From positions 640,001 through 704,000 of the forward strand of contig CAVPLT010000007.1 of NCBI GenBank assembly GCA_963706325.1: a DNA stretch of 64,000 nt, in the 5' to 3' direction. Of this stretch, positions 29,317 through 39,837 are shown piece by piece; the first letter of the stretch is position 1; the number at the start of each line of letters is the position of its first letter. Position numbers and translations under genes: made by a program. The stretch comes from an uncultured Nitrospiraceae bacterium. Lineage in GTDB: Bacteria > Nitrospirota > Nitrospiria > Nitrospirales > Nitrospiraceae. The notes under the pieces were generated by a model that was not told where the DNA came from, did no database searches, and saw only the letters and a list, made by a program, of their open reading frames with translations.

Positions 29317-30564
29317 ATGCCAACGGTGAAAAATCGACGAAGATTCCTGCAGGGGATCGTAATCAGCGCACTGTTCTTGGTTCTGGCCCTGACAAGCTAT
29401 GGCGTGCAGCAGGGGCTCGCGCAGGATGCGAAAGCTCAGGCCACCATCGAGAAAGCCTTTCCCAGTTCCAGCAAGTGTAAGCGTTGCCATGAGAGGGTGT
29501 TCGAAGAGTGGGAAACGTCGCCGCTCTCGCGTTCGATCCATACGCCGACCTTCCGTGCCGCGCTCGACGCCTACCTGACTTCCTCTGCCGGCAAAGATAA
29601 AGCCATGTGTTTTCGCTGCCATGCGCCGCATGTGCGCGAGTTTGCAGACCAGGCTCAATTGTTCGTGACTCAGGCGCAGTCCGGCGAGCCGTCGCTGGAC
29701 GGCGTAGCTTGCGCGCAATGTCATCTCATCAAGCAAGTAGACCGGACGAAACAGCCGCCAGAACCGAAGTACGACCTCGGGAGTAAGACCATGTATGGGC
29801 CCTACAAAGATTTTGCACAGAACCTTGCGCACCAATCTATGGAGTTGGGCCTTTTTCACAAATCGGACCTCTGTTTGAATTGCCATCAGGTAGTGCCGGC
29901 TGCGGCGGACCTCGGGAAAAGTAACGATCTTTTGGGTAACTGGGACCAGAGTAAATCCGTGAAGTCCGGGAAAGAATGCCAGACCTGTCATATGCCTGAA
30001 CAGGTCGGCGAATCGGCCAACGGAGAGGCCAAGCGTAAGGTGGCTAACCATTCGTTTCCTGGTCGGATCGGCCAGCTTAGGCAGGAAGCTGCGAAATTAG
30101 AAGTCACGACCAAGGTCGAAGGTGAAAAGACTACCGTGACCGTGGCGGTGCAGAGCTTGGTGCCGCACAATCTGCCGACGACTCATCCGGGTTGGGCTAG
30201 CGTCGTGTTAGAGCTGGGGATCAAAGGCAAGAACCTCAAGACCGTCTTCAGCGACAGACGTGTCTACGGTCGAACCTATGCCGATGCTAAGGGCCAGAAG
30301 ACCGTATTCGACTTTGAGGCCGTGAAGGTTCTTGAAGAAACGGTTCTAAAGCCGGAAGAGAAACGGGTGGAAACCTTTACCTTTCCCACACCCAAAGACA
30401 CCAAGACCTTCGACGTCGAAGCCATCCTCAGCTATGCCCCAGTGACCGGACCAGCCCCTTTCCTGCAGCGCATTGAAGCTGAGTCCTCCAAAGGCGCGCA
30501 GGATCCCGTGTTTCAATCCATCCCTATCGTGAAGCTCAGCGAGAATATACCAGTCGTCAAGTAA
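29317..30564 (+). CDS. Periplasmic pentaheme c-type cytochrome, paralog of the upstream gene
   Basis: Five CxxCH motifs (CKRCH, CFRCH, CAQCH, CLNCH, CQTCH). RBS GGAGG before ATG 29317. Confidence 0.88.
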   Translation: MPTVKNRRRFLQGIVISALFLVLALTSYGVQQGLAQDAKAQATIEKAFPSSSKCKRCHERVFEEWETSPLSRSIHTPTFRAALDAYLTSSAGKDKAMCFRCHAPHVREFADQAQLFVTQAQSGEPSLDGVACAQCHLIKQVDRTKQPPEPKYDLGSKTMYGPYKDFAQNLAHQSMELGLFHKSDLCLNCHQVVPAAADLGKSNDLLGNWDQSKSVKSGKECQTCHMPEQVGESANGEAKRKVANHSFPGRIGQLRQEAAKLEVTTKVEGEKTTVTVAVQSLVPHNLPTTHPGWASVVLELGIKGKNLKTVFSDRRVYGRTYADAKGQKTVFDFEAVKVLEETVLKPEEKRVETFTFPTPKDTKTFDVEAILSYAPVTGPAPFLQRIEAESSKGAQDPVFQSIPIVKLSENIPVVK

Positions 30565-30662
30565 CGGCGGTCGACTTTCCTGACACCAGAAAGACCGTCT
30601 CTTGTGAAAGACTGAGGGTGCTCTGTTACACGACCGATGAACGACCGCGCAAGAGTTCTGCG

Positions 30663-30917
30663 TTACTCAGAGACAATACTGGAGCCGGGAGACTTCATCT
30701 TGAAGATCTGTATCGCGCTATAGATGCTCTTGGCAGGGTGATTGAGGATGAGCCGCGAATTGGTGATATGGGTGTCGATCAATTCATACTGCCCGCCGCT
30801 GTAGTAGATGTCGCAGTCATCTATCTCGCAATTTTTATAGACGTGATTGTCCAGTGCCAGCTTGGCCTTGCTGAATTTCTGCTGATCTATCAGAATATAT
30901 TCCGGCGCGAGTCCCAT
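30663..30917 (-). CDS. Small hypothetical protein (84 aa)
   Basis: AAGGAG RBS 5 nt upstream. LDNHVYKNCEIDDCDIYYSGG periodic pattern looks like real protein. Confidence 0.65.
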   Translation of the reverse strand: MGLAPEYILIDQQKFSKAKLALDNHVYKNCEIDDCDIYYSGGQYELIDTHITNSRLILNHPAKSIYSAIQIFKMKSPGSSIVSE

Positions 30918-31156
30918 TCATGCTCCTTCGCCCGCGCACTATAACAAAGTCACTCCTTCTCCGCAAACCGTGAGCAGTCAGGATTTTTGTCTGGCCCGCA
31001 GTGCGTCAGCTCCGTTTCGAAGGATGCCAACGCAGCCTTCTCCATGTAGCGACCCTCTGAGCACACCTGTCTATCGGACTTCGAATAGAGCTCGCTTCAG
31101 ACTACGCCATGCACGGGCATGAAGAATGGCCAGATAGCTCCCTACGCACTTTCACC

Positions 31157-31185
31157 TTGATCCATTCTTGTCACCTCTATAGAAT
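31157..31185 (+). promoter_or_regulatory. sigma70-like promoter for hppA
   Basis: TTGATC-17 bp-TAGAAT. Confidence 0.5.
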
Positions 31186-31399
31186 GGCGCGACTTTTCAG
31201 ATAGTTAGGCCATGCGTCCGTAGGCGAGCGATGCTGTGGTTCTTCCGTTGGTTCGTCTGCTCTCGATGCGATGACGCCACGAGGAACCTGGGTAAGCACC
31301 GACCAGTGCACGGTCTGCTTCGATTGTATGCGGAGTATCTCAGGAGACAGTTCAGCTGGATTCTCAGTTTCACCATTCTGTCAACAGGAGGAGAACACT

Positions 31400-33457
31400 G
31401 TGAGCGACTCAGCGATTGTGACATTTGCTCTCATTGCGGCGGTGGCCGGTATTGCCTATGGCCTCTATCTCGCCATGTGGGTCTTCAAACTCAACGCCGG
31501 TAACGCGAAGATGCAGGAAATTGCCAAGGCCATTCAAGAAGGCGCCAGTGCTTATATGAATCGACAATATCGGACAGTCGGCGTGGTGGCGGCAGTCCTC
31601 TTTGTCGTGTTGTGGGGAGCTGGGGCGATGTCGGATAAGTTCGGAATGTTGACGGCAATTGGATTTCTGGTCGGGGCCGGCGCGTCGTCCCTTGCCGGAT
31701 ATGTCGGGATGATCATCGCGGTACGGGCGAATGTCCGCACGGCGCAAGCGGCACATGATGGGATGAACGCGGCGCTGACCGTGGCCTTCCGCGGGGGAGC
31801 TGTGACCGGCTTGCTGTTGATTGGATTGGGCCTATTGGCCATCACAGGCTTCTATACGCTTGCCTCCCACTTCGCGGGGCAGGAAAAGGCGATCCATGCG
31901 CTGCTTAGCCTTGGCTTCGGCGGCAGCTTGATCTCGGTGTTTGCGCGTGTAGGTGGCGGAATTTATACCAAGGCAGCGGACGTCGGCGCGGATCTCGTGG
32001 GTAAAGTCGAAGCCGGTATTCCGGAAGACGATCCACGGAATCCAGCGGTAATCGCGGACAATGTGGGCGACAACGTCGGCGATTGCGCCGGGATGGCGGC
32101 CGATCTGTTCGAAACCTATGCGGTGACGACGGTCGCGGCGATGGTGCTGGCGTTCACGCTCTTCAAGGGAGCCAGTGCGCCCATTCTGTACCCACTCGCA
32201 TTGGGCGGCGTGACGGTCTTCGCGACGATCATCGGCATTCTGTTTGTGAAGGTGAGCCCTGGCGGTGAGATCATGCCGGCCTTGTATAAGGGCCTCTTTG
32301 TGGCCGGCGGCATCGCGGCCGTGGCGTTTTTCCCGATCACGATCACGATTATGGAAGGCGTCGGCGGCGTGAGCGGCATCAGTTATTACCTCGCGGCATT
32401 AATGGGCCTGGCGGTGACGCTCGCGTTGGTGTTCATTACCGACTACTACACGTCCAAGAGTTATGCGCCGGTGAAGTATATTGCCAAGGCGAGCGAAACG
32501 GGGCACGCGACCAACATCATTGCCGGTCTGGCCGTCGGCATGCAGTCGACCGCCGCTCCCGTGGTCGTCATTGGTGCGGCGATTCTCGGCAGCTACGCGA
32601 TCTGCGGCGGAGCGGAGTCGGGCGGTCTGTACGGTGTGGCCGTGGCCGCAGTGTCGATGCTCTCGATGGCCGGAATTATCGTGGCGATCGATGCCTTCGG
32701 GCCGATCACCGACAACGCGGGCGGCATCGCGGAAATGGCCCATCTTGGCAGTGAAGTGCGCAACATTACAGATCCCCTGGATGCGGTGGGCAATACGACC
32801 AAGGCGGTGACGAAAGGTTATGCCATCGGATCCGCGGCTCTGGCGGCCTTGGTATTGTTCGCCGAATTTTCACGCGAGGTGGCGGCTTCAAATCCTGCCT
32901 TGGCCGCGTTCGATCTTTCCGATCCGAAGGTGCTGGTGGGGTTGTTTCTGGGCGGGATGCTGCCCTTTATTTTCGGCGCGCTCTGCATGAAGGCGGTGGG
33001 CCAGGCGGCAGGTCTAGTGGTGGAAGAGGTCCGGCGGCAGTTTCGGACGATCAAAGGCATCATGGAGGGGACGGGGAAGCCGGAATACGGAACCTGCGTG
33101 GATATTGTGACGCAAGCGGCGATTCAGAAAATGATGATCCCCGGTCTAATTCCCGTGGTCGCTCCGATCCTGGTCGGCGTGGTCCTCGGCCCCCAGGCGC
33201 TCGGCGGCGTGCTTGTCGGTTGTATCGTGACGGGATTGTTCGTGGCAATCTCCATGACGAGCGGCGGCGGCGCCTGGGACAATGCCAAGAAGTATATTGA
33301 AGAGCAGGGCTTGAAGGGAACCGATACCCATAAGGCGGCGGTGACCGGCGATACGGTCGGCGATCCCTACAAGGATACGGCGGGCCCGGCGATCAATCCG
33401 ATGATCAAGGTCATCAACATCGTGGCATTGCTCATTGTGTCGTTGATTGTGAAATAG
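31400..33457 (+). CDS. hppA: Membrane-bound H+-translocating pyrophosphatase, K+-independent type
   Basis: [35 protein letters not shown] (Lys marks the K+-independent subfamily) and [13 protein letters not shown] start after AGGAGGAG. Confidence 0.95.
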   Translation: MSDSAIVTFALIAAVAGIAYGLYLAMWVFKLNAGNAKMQEIAKAIQEGASAYMNRQYRTVGVVAAVLFVVLWGAGAMSDKFGMLTAIGFLVGAGASSLAGYVGMIIAVRANVRTAQAAHDGMNAALTVAFRGGAVTGLLLIGLGLLAITGFYTLASHFAGQEKAIHALLSLGFGGSLISVFARVGGGIYTKAADVGADLVGKVEAGIPEDDPRNPAVIADNVGDNVGDCAGMAADLFETYAVTTVAAMVLAFTLFKGASAPILYPLALGGVTVFATIIGILFVKVSPGGEIMPALYKGLFVAGGIAAVAFFPITITIMEGVGGVSGISYYLAALMGLAVTLALVFITDYYTSKSYAPVKYIAKASETGHATNIIAGLAVGMQSTAAPVVVIGAAILGSYAICGGAESGGLYGVAVAAVSMLSMAGIIVAIDAFGPITDNAGGIAEMAHLGSEVRNITDPLDAVGNTTKAVTKGYAIGSAALAALVLFAEFSREVAASNPALAAFDLSDPKVLVGLFLGGMLPFIFGALCMKAVGQAAGLVVEEVRRQFRTIKGIMEGTGKPEYGTCVDIVTQAAIQKMMIPGLIPVVAPILVGVVLGPQALGGVLVGCIVTGLFVAISMTSGGGAWDNAKKYIEEQGLKGTDTHKAAVTGDTVGDPYKDTAGPAINPMIKVINIVALLIVSLIVK

Positions 33458-33570
33458 CGGGCGCCAGCTCTCGGCGTATCGGCTGTTGGCTTGACGAGTT
33501 CGGCGACCCTAGGGTAAGGTGACGAAAGGCCGTTGGTGTGAACAGTGCCTGACTGACTGGAGGTGCTCCG

Positions 33571-33768
33571 ATGGAGAAACAGGAGAGGAGACCGGAATCC
33601 AGGAAAGAATCCCATAACAAGGAAGAGGTCAAACCGAATCCAAAAGTCGTCGAGTCCGGGAAGAAAATGAAAGAGGACATCGACAAGCTAGTCGATGAAA
33701 TCGATGACGTGCTCGAAAAAAATGCCGAAGAGTTCGTGAAGAACTATGTGCAAAAGGGAGGGGAATAG
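33571..33768 (+). CDS. pup: Prokaryotic ubiquitin-like protein Pup (GGE C-terminus)
   Basis: 65 aa with a charged disordered N-terminus and C-terminal DEIDDVLEKNAEEFVKNYVQKGGE matching the Pup consensus. RBS GGAGGT. Confidence 0.9.
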   Translation: MEKQERRPESRKESHNKEEVKPNPKVVESGKKMKEDIDKLVDEIDDVLEKNAEEFVKNYVQKGGE

Positions 33769-33786
33769 TCCCCGCCCTTTTTTATT
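33753..33786 (+). terminator. Rho-independent terminator overlapping the pup 3' end
   Basis: AAAGGGAGGGGA-ATAG-TCCCCGCCCTTT followed by TTTATT. Confidence 0.7.
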
Positions 33787-33882
33787 GCGTATTTCGTGTT
33801 GATCCTTACATTTCAAGCCCGAGCATTCATCTATCGCCACAAAGCTGCTCGCGTCCGGTGTCTCACTCCAGACGAGTCTCGT

Positions 33883-33911
33883 TTGACAAAGATGGGGTGA
33901 GTCGATACCAT
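33883..33911 (+). promoter_or_regulatory. sigma70 promoter for recJ-rel
   Basis: TTGACA-17 bp-TACCAT. Confidence 0.65.
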
Positions 33912-33963
33912 TCCCCTTACTTCTCAGTAACTTCTGACTATTTCCGATAGAAACCGAGGATCC

Positions 33964-35670
33964 ATGCAGGAAAGACTGTGGGTATTCCGTCCGTCGGATA
34001 TCGAATTGCAGCATAATCTGTCGCGTCTGTTATCTATTTCTGCCGTGACGGCATCCGTGTTACTGGCTCGTGGGGTCACAACGGCCGATGAAGCTGGCCG
34101 GTGGATGTCCAGTGCGCAAGAGCGGCTACACGATCCTTTCCTGATTCCCGACATGGAACAGGCGGTCGAGCGCTTGCACCTGGCCTTGTCACGGCAGGAG
34201 CAGGTCTGTTTCTACGGGGATTATGATGTCGACGGGGTCTCGGCCACAAGTCTCTATCTGTCCTTTTACCAGGGCCTTGGGGGGAACGGGCGCGGATATA
34301 TCCCGCACCGTCTTCGAGAAGGGTACGGCTTAAATGAGGCGGCAATTCGACAGTTAGCCCAGGAAGGGATTACGCTCTTGGTGACGTCCGATTGCGGCAC
34401 GACGTCCCATCATGAAATTGGGCTCGCGAACCAGCTCGGGATGGATGTGCTGGTAACAGATCATCACCAAACCGACGCCGTGATGCCTCCTGCCCTCGCT
34501 GTACTAAATCCGCACCGGCGCGACGCGATCTATCCATTTAAGGGACTCTGTTCTGCGGGACTCGCTTATAAGGTGGTGTCTGCCTACCAGCAACGATATG
34601 GGTCGGGTGATGTGGATCCGGAGTCCTGTCTCGATCTGGTGGCCTTGGCGACGGTAGCCGACATCGTGCCGCTTCAGGATGAGAACCGTATCCTCGTTCG
34701 AGCGGGCCTTAGGCAGATCACGCAAGACGCTCGCTGCGGGATTCGGGCATTGAAGCACGTAGCCGGCATCACAAAGACCTGCACGAGTGAAACCATTGGC
34801 TTTCGCCTGGGACCCCGGTTGAATGCAGCGGGCCGCTTAGACCATGCGATGTTGTGTGTGCGGCTTTTGACGACGGATTCCGAGCAGGAGGCCAGGCAAA
34901 TCGCTGAACAGTTGGAGCAGCTCAATCGACAACGCCAGCAGATCGAAGCGGGAATCACCAGCAAGGCGGCCGCCTCTTTGCTGGAGGATGAACTGGCCGC
35001 CGCGATCGTGCTGGCTTCCCGTGACTGGCATCTGGGCGTTGTGGGGATTGTAGCCGCTCGGTTGGTGGATCAGTTCCACCGGCCAAGCATCGTCATTGCA
35101 GTGGATGGGCAGGGGATCGGCAAGGGATCGGCTCGGACGATAGAGGGATTCGATTTGTACCAGGGGTTAGCTGAATGTCGAGATCTGCTGGAGGCCTTTG
35201 GAGGCCATCCAAGCGCCGCTGGACTGACCATCAAGGAATCTCGCTTGGAGGAGTTTCGTGGACGATTTTCTGAGGTCGCTGCTCAGTGGGCCAGTTCCGC
35301 CCGCACAGTGCGGACGTTGCAGGTCGATGCAGAGGTGAATCTGACGGACGTCAATTTTGGGTTGATACAGGAACTGGAATCCCTGCATCCCTTTGGCGCC
35401 GGGAATCCGGAACCCACGTTGGCCGTTCGCGGGCTCGATATATTGGATGCGCGAGTGGTCGGCGAGAAGCATCTGAAGCTGCGTGTACGGCAAGGCCGCT
35501 CGTATATTTTTGATAGCATTGGTTTCCGTATGGGATCGTTGGAAGACTTGGGTCTGAGGGCTGGTCGTCCGATCGATTTAGCCTTCAGCCCTGAACGCAA
35601 TCACTGGAATGGCCAAGACCGTGTGCAGTTGCGCATTAAGGCTCTTCGCATGAGCGGTGGGATATCGTAA
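33964..35670 (+). CDS. recJ: Single-stranded-DNA-specific exonuclease RecJ
   Basis: GDYDVDG, TSDCG, TDHH, PRLNAAGRL, GSAR, GGHPSAAG and PFGAGNPEP. Confidence 0.96.
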   Translation: MQERLWVFRPSDIELQHNLSRLLSISAVTASVLLARGVTTADEAGRWMSSAQERLHDPFLIPDMEQAVERLHLALSRQEQVCFYGDYDVDGVSATSLYLSFYQGLGGNGRGYIPHRLREGYGLNEAAIRQLAQEGITLLVTSDCGTTSHHEIGLANQLGMDVLVTDHHQTDAVMPPALAVLNPHRRDAIYPFKGLCSAGLAYKVVSAYQQRYGSGDVDPESCLDLVALATVADIVPLQDENRILVRAGLRQITQDARCGIRALKHVAGITKTCTSETIGFRLGPRLNAAGRLDHAMLCVRLLTTDSEQEARQIAEQLEQLNRQRQQIEAGITSKAAASLLEDELAAAIVLASRDWHLGVVGIVAARLVDQFHRPSIVIAVDGQGIGKGSARTIEGFDLYQGLAECRDLLEAFGGHPSAAGLTIKESRLEEFRGRFSEVAAQWASSARTVRTLQVDAEVNLTDVNFGLIQELESLHPFGAGNPEPTLAVRGLDILDARVVGEKHLKLRVRQGRSYIFDSIGFRMGSLEDLGLRAGRPIDLAFSPERNHWNGQDRVQLRIKALRMSGGIS

Positions 35671-35672
35671 GC

Positions 35673-37856
35673 ATGCCGCACGAGACGGTGACAGAACTTG
35701 ATCAGTTGATCGAGCGAGTGAAGAGCTACAATGTCGAGGCCGATGTGGATCTGGTGCGTCGAGCCTATGATTTTTCTGCGAAGGCGCATGAAGGCCAAAT
35801 GCGCCGATCAGGCGAGCCCTACCTGCGGCACCCCCTCGCGGTGGCTGGCCTGTTGACCCATCTCAAGACTGATGTGACGGCCATTGTCGCCGGCCTGCTG
35901 CACGATACGTTGGAAGATACCCTGGCCACGCCCCTGGAGTTGGAGCAGCGGTTCGGGAAGGATGTGTTGCAGCTTGTTGACGGCGTCACCAAAATCGGCA
36001 AAATTACGTTCCGCAACTACGAGGAAAAACAGGCTGAGAATTTTCGAAAAATGCTGCTTTCGATGGCAGACGATATCCGCGTTGTGTTGATCAAGCTTGC
36101 AGACCGGCTGCACAATATGCGGACGTTGGAGTATCTCAGCGAGCCGAAGCGGCAGGAAATCGCCCAGGAGACGCTGGAAATTTATGCTCCGCTCGCCAAC
36201 CGCCTCGGGATCGGCTGGATCAAGAATGAACTCGAAGATCTGTGTCTGAAACATTTGAAGCCGGATGTGTACGAATCGTTGCGGGTCCTCGTCTCGAAGC
36301 GCGACGACGATCGGCAGCAGTATATTGTGGAAGTCATCGATATGGTAAAGGCGGCCATGGGGGAGGCTGGCTTGGACGGTGAGGTATCCGGCCGGCCAAA
36401 GCATTTGTACGGTATTTATCAGAAGATGGAGAAACAATCGATTTCGTTTGAGGAAGTGTACGATCTAGCAGCTCTCCGTATCATTACGGACATCAAAATG
36501 AACTGCTATGCACTGCTGGGCGTGATCCATTCTCTGTGGCGGCCCTTACCCGGCCGGTTCAAGGACTACATCGCCATTCCCAAATCCAATCTCTATCAGT
36601 CGCTGCATACCACCGTGGTGGGTCCCAAAGGGGAACACGTCGAATTTCAGATCCGCACGGAGGAGATGCATCGAGTGTCGGAGCAGGGCATTGCCGCGCA
36701 TTGGAAGTACAAAGAACATGGGCGCATCGATGAGAAAGATGGGAAGGTCTTTAGTTGGTTGCGGCAATTCGTAGAATGGAATCAAGATCTTCCTGACAAT
36801 CGCCAATTTATGGATTCGGTCAAGTTGGATCTATTTCACGACGTGGTGTACGTCTTTACTCCGCAAGGCATGGTGAAGGAACTCCCCAAAGGCTCCACGC
36901 CGGTCGATTTTGCGTATTCCGTGCACACGGAGATCGGGGATCACTGCGTCGGAGCCAAGGTCAACGGCAAAATCGTCCCGCTGAAACATATGATGGCGAG
37001 CGGGGACATGGTGGAAATTTTGACCGCCGCCAACCAGACGCCGCACCGTGATTGGCTGAAGTTCGTGCGAACATCGCGGGCGAAAACGAAGATCAAACAC
37101 TGGATTAAGGCAGAAGAGCAGTCTCGCAGCGTTGAGATTGGGAAGCGTTTGCTGGAAGCCGAATTTCGTCGACATGGGCTGGCGCCGGCTCAGATGATGC
37201 GATCGGATCAACTCCTCGCCGTAGCCAAGCAGGTTGGTCATGAGACGACGGATGAGTTGGCCGCAGCCGTTGGCTTCGGCCACGTACCGACTTCCCAGGT
37301 GATGAGTAAGCTCGTTCCCCCAGTGCCCACGACGACCCTAGCGGTCGCACTGGAATCGCCGACCGTGCCGAAATCGATCGCTGGCAGAACGGATGACACC
37401 GGTGTGCAGGTCAAAGGCGCTCGCGACTTGCTCATGCAGTTGTCCCGCTGCTGCAACCCGGTACCGGGGGATCGTATTCTGGGCTATATTACAAGGGGGC
37501 GCGGGCTCACGATTCATACCATCGATTGTCCCAATTTGGGAGCATTAGACTATGACAAGAACAGGTTGGTTGAAGTGGAGTGGGACCATTCCACGCCCAG
37601 CACTCATGCGGTGAAAATCTCAGTCATTGCTGTGGACAAGACCGGAGTCCTTGCGCATGTTTCCACAGCTATTTCGGAATGCCAAGCTAACATCAGTCGC
37701 GCTGAAATTACGACCCGCGAAGATCGAAAGGCAATGCTGGATTTCATTGTCGAAGTCCTGGATACCGCGCACATGGGACGAGTCCTCAAAGCGATCGAAA
37801 AGGTCGACGGCGTGATTACGGTACGGCGAGTCCGTTCATGGCAGGAACGACCCTAG
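35673..37856 (+). CDS. relA: Bifunctional (p)ppGpp synthetase/hydrolase (Rel/SpoT)
   Basis: RRSGEPY, HDTLED, IKLADRLHNMRTL, RFKDYI, YQSLHT, TGS domain, CCNPVPGD and ACT domain. Confidence 0.95.
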   Translation: MPHETVTELDQLIERVKSYNVEADVDLVRRAYDFSAKAHEGQMRRSGEPYLRHPLAVAGLLTHLKTDVTAIVAGLLHDTLEDTLATPLELEQRFGKDVLQLVDGVTKIGKITFRNYEEKQAENFRKMLLSMADDIRVVLIKLADRLHNMRTLEYLSEPKRQEIAQETLEIYAPLANRLGIGWIKNELEDLCLKHLKPDVYESLRVLVSKRDDDRQQYIVEVIDMVKAAMGEAGLDGEVSGRPKHLYGIYQKMEKQSISFEEVYDLAALRIITDIKMNCYALLGVIHSLWRPLPGRFKDYIAIPKSNLYQSLHTTVVGPKGEHVEFQIRTEEMHRVSEQGIAAHWKYKEHGRIDEKDGKVFSWLRQFVEWNQDLPDNRQFMDSVKLDLFHDVVYVFTPQGMVKELPKGSTPVDFAYSVHTEIGDHCVGAKVNGKIVPLKHMMASGDMVEILTAANQTPHRDWLKFVRTSRAKTKIKHWIKAEEQSRSVEIGKRLLEAEFRRHGLAPAQMMRSDQLLAVAKQVGHETTDELAAAVGFGHVPTSQVMSKLVPPVPTTTLAVALESPTVPKSIAGRTDDTGVQVKGARDLLMQLSRCCNPVPGDRILGYITRGRGLTIHTIDCPNLGALDYDKNRLVEVEWDHSTPSTHAVKISVIAVDKTGVLAHVSTAISECQANISRAEITTREDRKAMLDFIVEVLDTAHMGRVLKAIEKVDGVITVRRVRSWQERP

Positions 37857-37904
37857 TGAGAGAAGCCTCCCATTACTCTCTTTCCTACCGTCAGCGATAT
37901 TCGC

Positions 37905-39160
37905 ATGAGCTTCGTGATGCTGACCGGGGTCGTGGTCGTGATTAGTCGCGACCGTAGTATTGACGGCGCGATCCGCATCTTTACTCGGGGTGATCGGGCC
38001 CCAGCGCTTCCGTTCTATGCCGATGGTGTTGGCCTATTGCTTGTCATCGCGGGGCTGATAGCGCGTAGCGAGATAGTGACCGTATCCACACACTGTTCAG
38101 CCCCGACTTGATGCCCTAGCCTGGCTCGACGGCTCCCATTTCTCTTTACGATTCTGGAGGTCTTTTTATCGGCGAGTGGTCGATTGAGCGGGGTAACGGT
38201 CCATCCCAATGTGGTCCGGCAGCTGCTGATCGGCGCCGAGGTCTTGGCTACGGTAGTCTTGATTCTTTGGCTGGCCAAGGGAGTCAACGTCGTAGCGTTA
38301 GTGGTCTTGCCCACTGTGGCGGCGGCGATGGTCGAGGTTGCATTGAAAGACATGCCGATACGAGTTTTCCCCAGCGTTGAGTGGGGAAAGATCGTAAAAG
38401 CAGGAGATTGGATCACGGTGTTTGGGAAGGTAATGTGGCGAACATCGGAATGGAGAATGTCACCATGTGTGACACCATCCATGATAGGTATCCTTGGCCA
38501 ATGGTGGGGTGATTGAGAGTGGCGTGACCAATTTCAGCCTGCCGCCGACGACTTATTTCTGCAATGTTTGTGAGGGTAGCGTATCGGACTCCTTTGGAAC
38601 AAGTCTGCGCGACGCTGTTGGAGACGGCTGGCGCTGTGACGGGAGTATACACGAACTTAAGACCCCTGCTCTGGTGATGGCATTTAACAAACAGCTATTT
38701 AGTACCGGGTCAAATTTCCGATTTGAGATTATGCGCAGTGCGATATTTTCGAGAGCACAATGCGGCCCTGTGTCTGGCATGCTTTTGCTCGAAAGAACAT
38801 CGAGGTTCCGTCTCCGCAGCGAGTGATTCACAGGAGCCGGAGTGCCGATAGTGCGAACATGAGATCGACCGTAACGACCCTGGGGAGTTGACAGTTTGGG
38901 GGAGGTATTTTTGCTGACATTGAACCACGGTCAGCGACTATATGGCGATGACTGAACTCCTATTGAGGCCGTGTGAAAAGAGGCCTCATGCAGGTTGTAC
39001 AGGACGATCGACGGCTGCTCGAACGGATCGGAGGAATTGTGGTCAAGCGTTGGTCAGCACTGCTGCCGCGAAGCGGAGCTATCCCTTGATGCAGAGGCTA
39101 TCCGATGGTCACTGTACACGCTCGTTGGTTGAGCGCATTCATAATTTTCCGGGGAGCGCG
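37905..39160 (+). pseudogene. Decayed MscS-family mechanosensitive channel gene (possibly with C-terminal extension)
   Basis: Fragments across frames and stops: ALKD...IVKAGDWITV, IG-WR, ANGGVIESGVTNFSLP, and from 38703 YRVKFPI*DYAQ...VWHAFARKNIEVPSPQR (MscS consensus GIEIPFPQR). Confidence 0.72.
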
Positions 39161-39191
39161 CAATACTCAACTCCAAGTGGATAAATGCCGG

Positions 39192-39704
39192 TCACGGCTG
39201 CTTAAAACTTAGCCGCATCCCGCGTTGCAATTGAAGCGCCTCGGCGCGACCCTCGCCTAGTTCCAGTACGTACAGGGCGCCTTCGCTTGAATGATATTGC
39301 GGACAGCCATCATCTTGCCTCGTGCAGATGGGAACGCTACGCTCGATATGGATAATCGTTTTTTTTCCGTCCATCCAGATGATGTCCAGTGGGATTTTGG
39401 TATTTTTCATCCAGAATGTCCAAGGCTGAGCGTCACCGAAGATGAACAGCATGCCACGGTCGTTGGCGAGATGTTCACGAAACATTAAACCTTGGGCGCG
39501 TTTCAGCGATGTATCCGCCAATTCAGCCTGAATCAACGCCCCATGTGGCGTCTTGACTGTGATGAGGATTTCGGGGGAAGGATCCGCGGCAAGAATGGGT
39601 CTACTGACGATACAAATGAGGATGGCCAACATACGAAGTGCTAAGGGACCCAGAGCCACTAGAAAGGTTTTCTTATGCCGATGTCTCACAAGGTTAAGTC
39701 CCAT
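39192..39704 (-). CDS. DUF192 family exported protein
   Basis: ELADT..RAQGLMFR, GMLFIF, FWMKNTKIPLDIIW and YVLEL..G. Confidence 0.9.
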   Translation of the reverse strand: MGLNLVRHRHKKTFLVALGPLALRMLAILICIVSRPILAADPSPEILITVKTPHGALIQAELADTSLKRAQGLMFREHLANDRGMLFIFGDAQPWTFWMKNTKIPLDIIWMDGKKTIIHIERSVPICTRQDDGCPQYHSSEGALYVLELGEGRAEALQLQRGMRLSFKQP

Positions 39705-39837
39705 GGTCGCATCCTAGCGGGCTCCTCATGTGTCGTCAAGACACTGGTTTGAGTAAGTGCTTCGCCTCTTGCCTTGCAATTCCGCCGGCCCCTATGCCAT
39801 CCTCAACCCATCGTTTGATTTGCGAGGAGGAGCTGTA

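Noticed and set aside
30618..30944. 108-aa + strand ORF
   Set aside because: Antisense to the 84-aa - strand ORF, which has the better RBS and a more protein-like pattern.
33571..33768. Calling the small GGE protein UBact
   Set aside because: The C-terminus DEIDDVLE.NAEEFV..YVQKGGE matches Pup. UBact proteins end in an R(S/T)G(E/Q)-type motif.
38109..38111. In-frame TGA between two same-frame ORFs as selenocysteine or readthrough
   Set aside because: The region has several other stops and frameshifts and reads as a decayed MscS gene. There is no redox-motif context.
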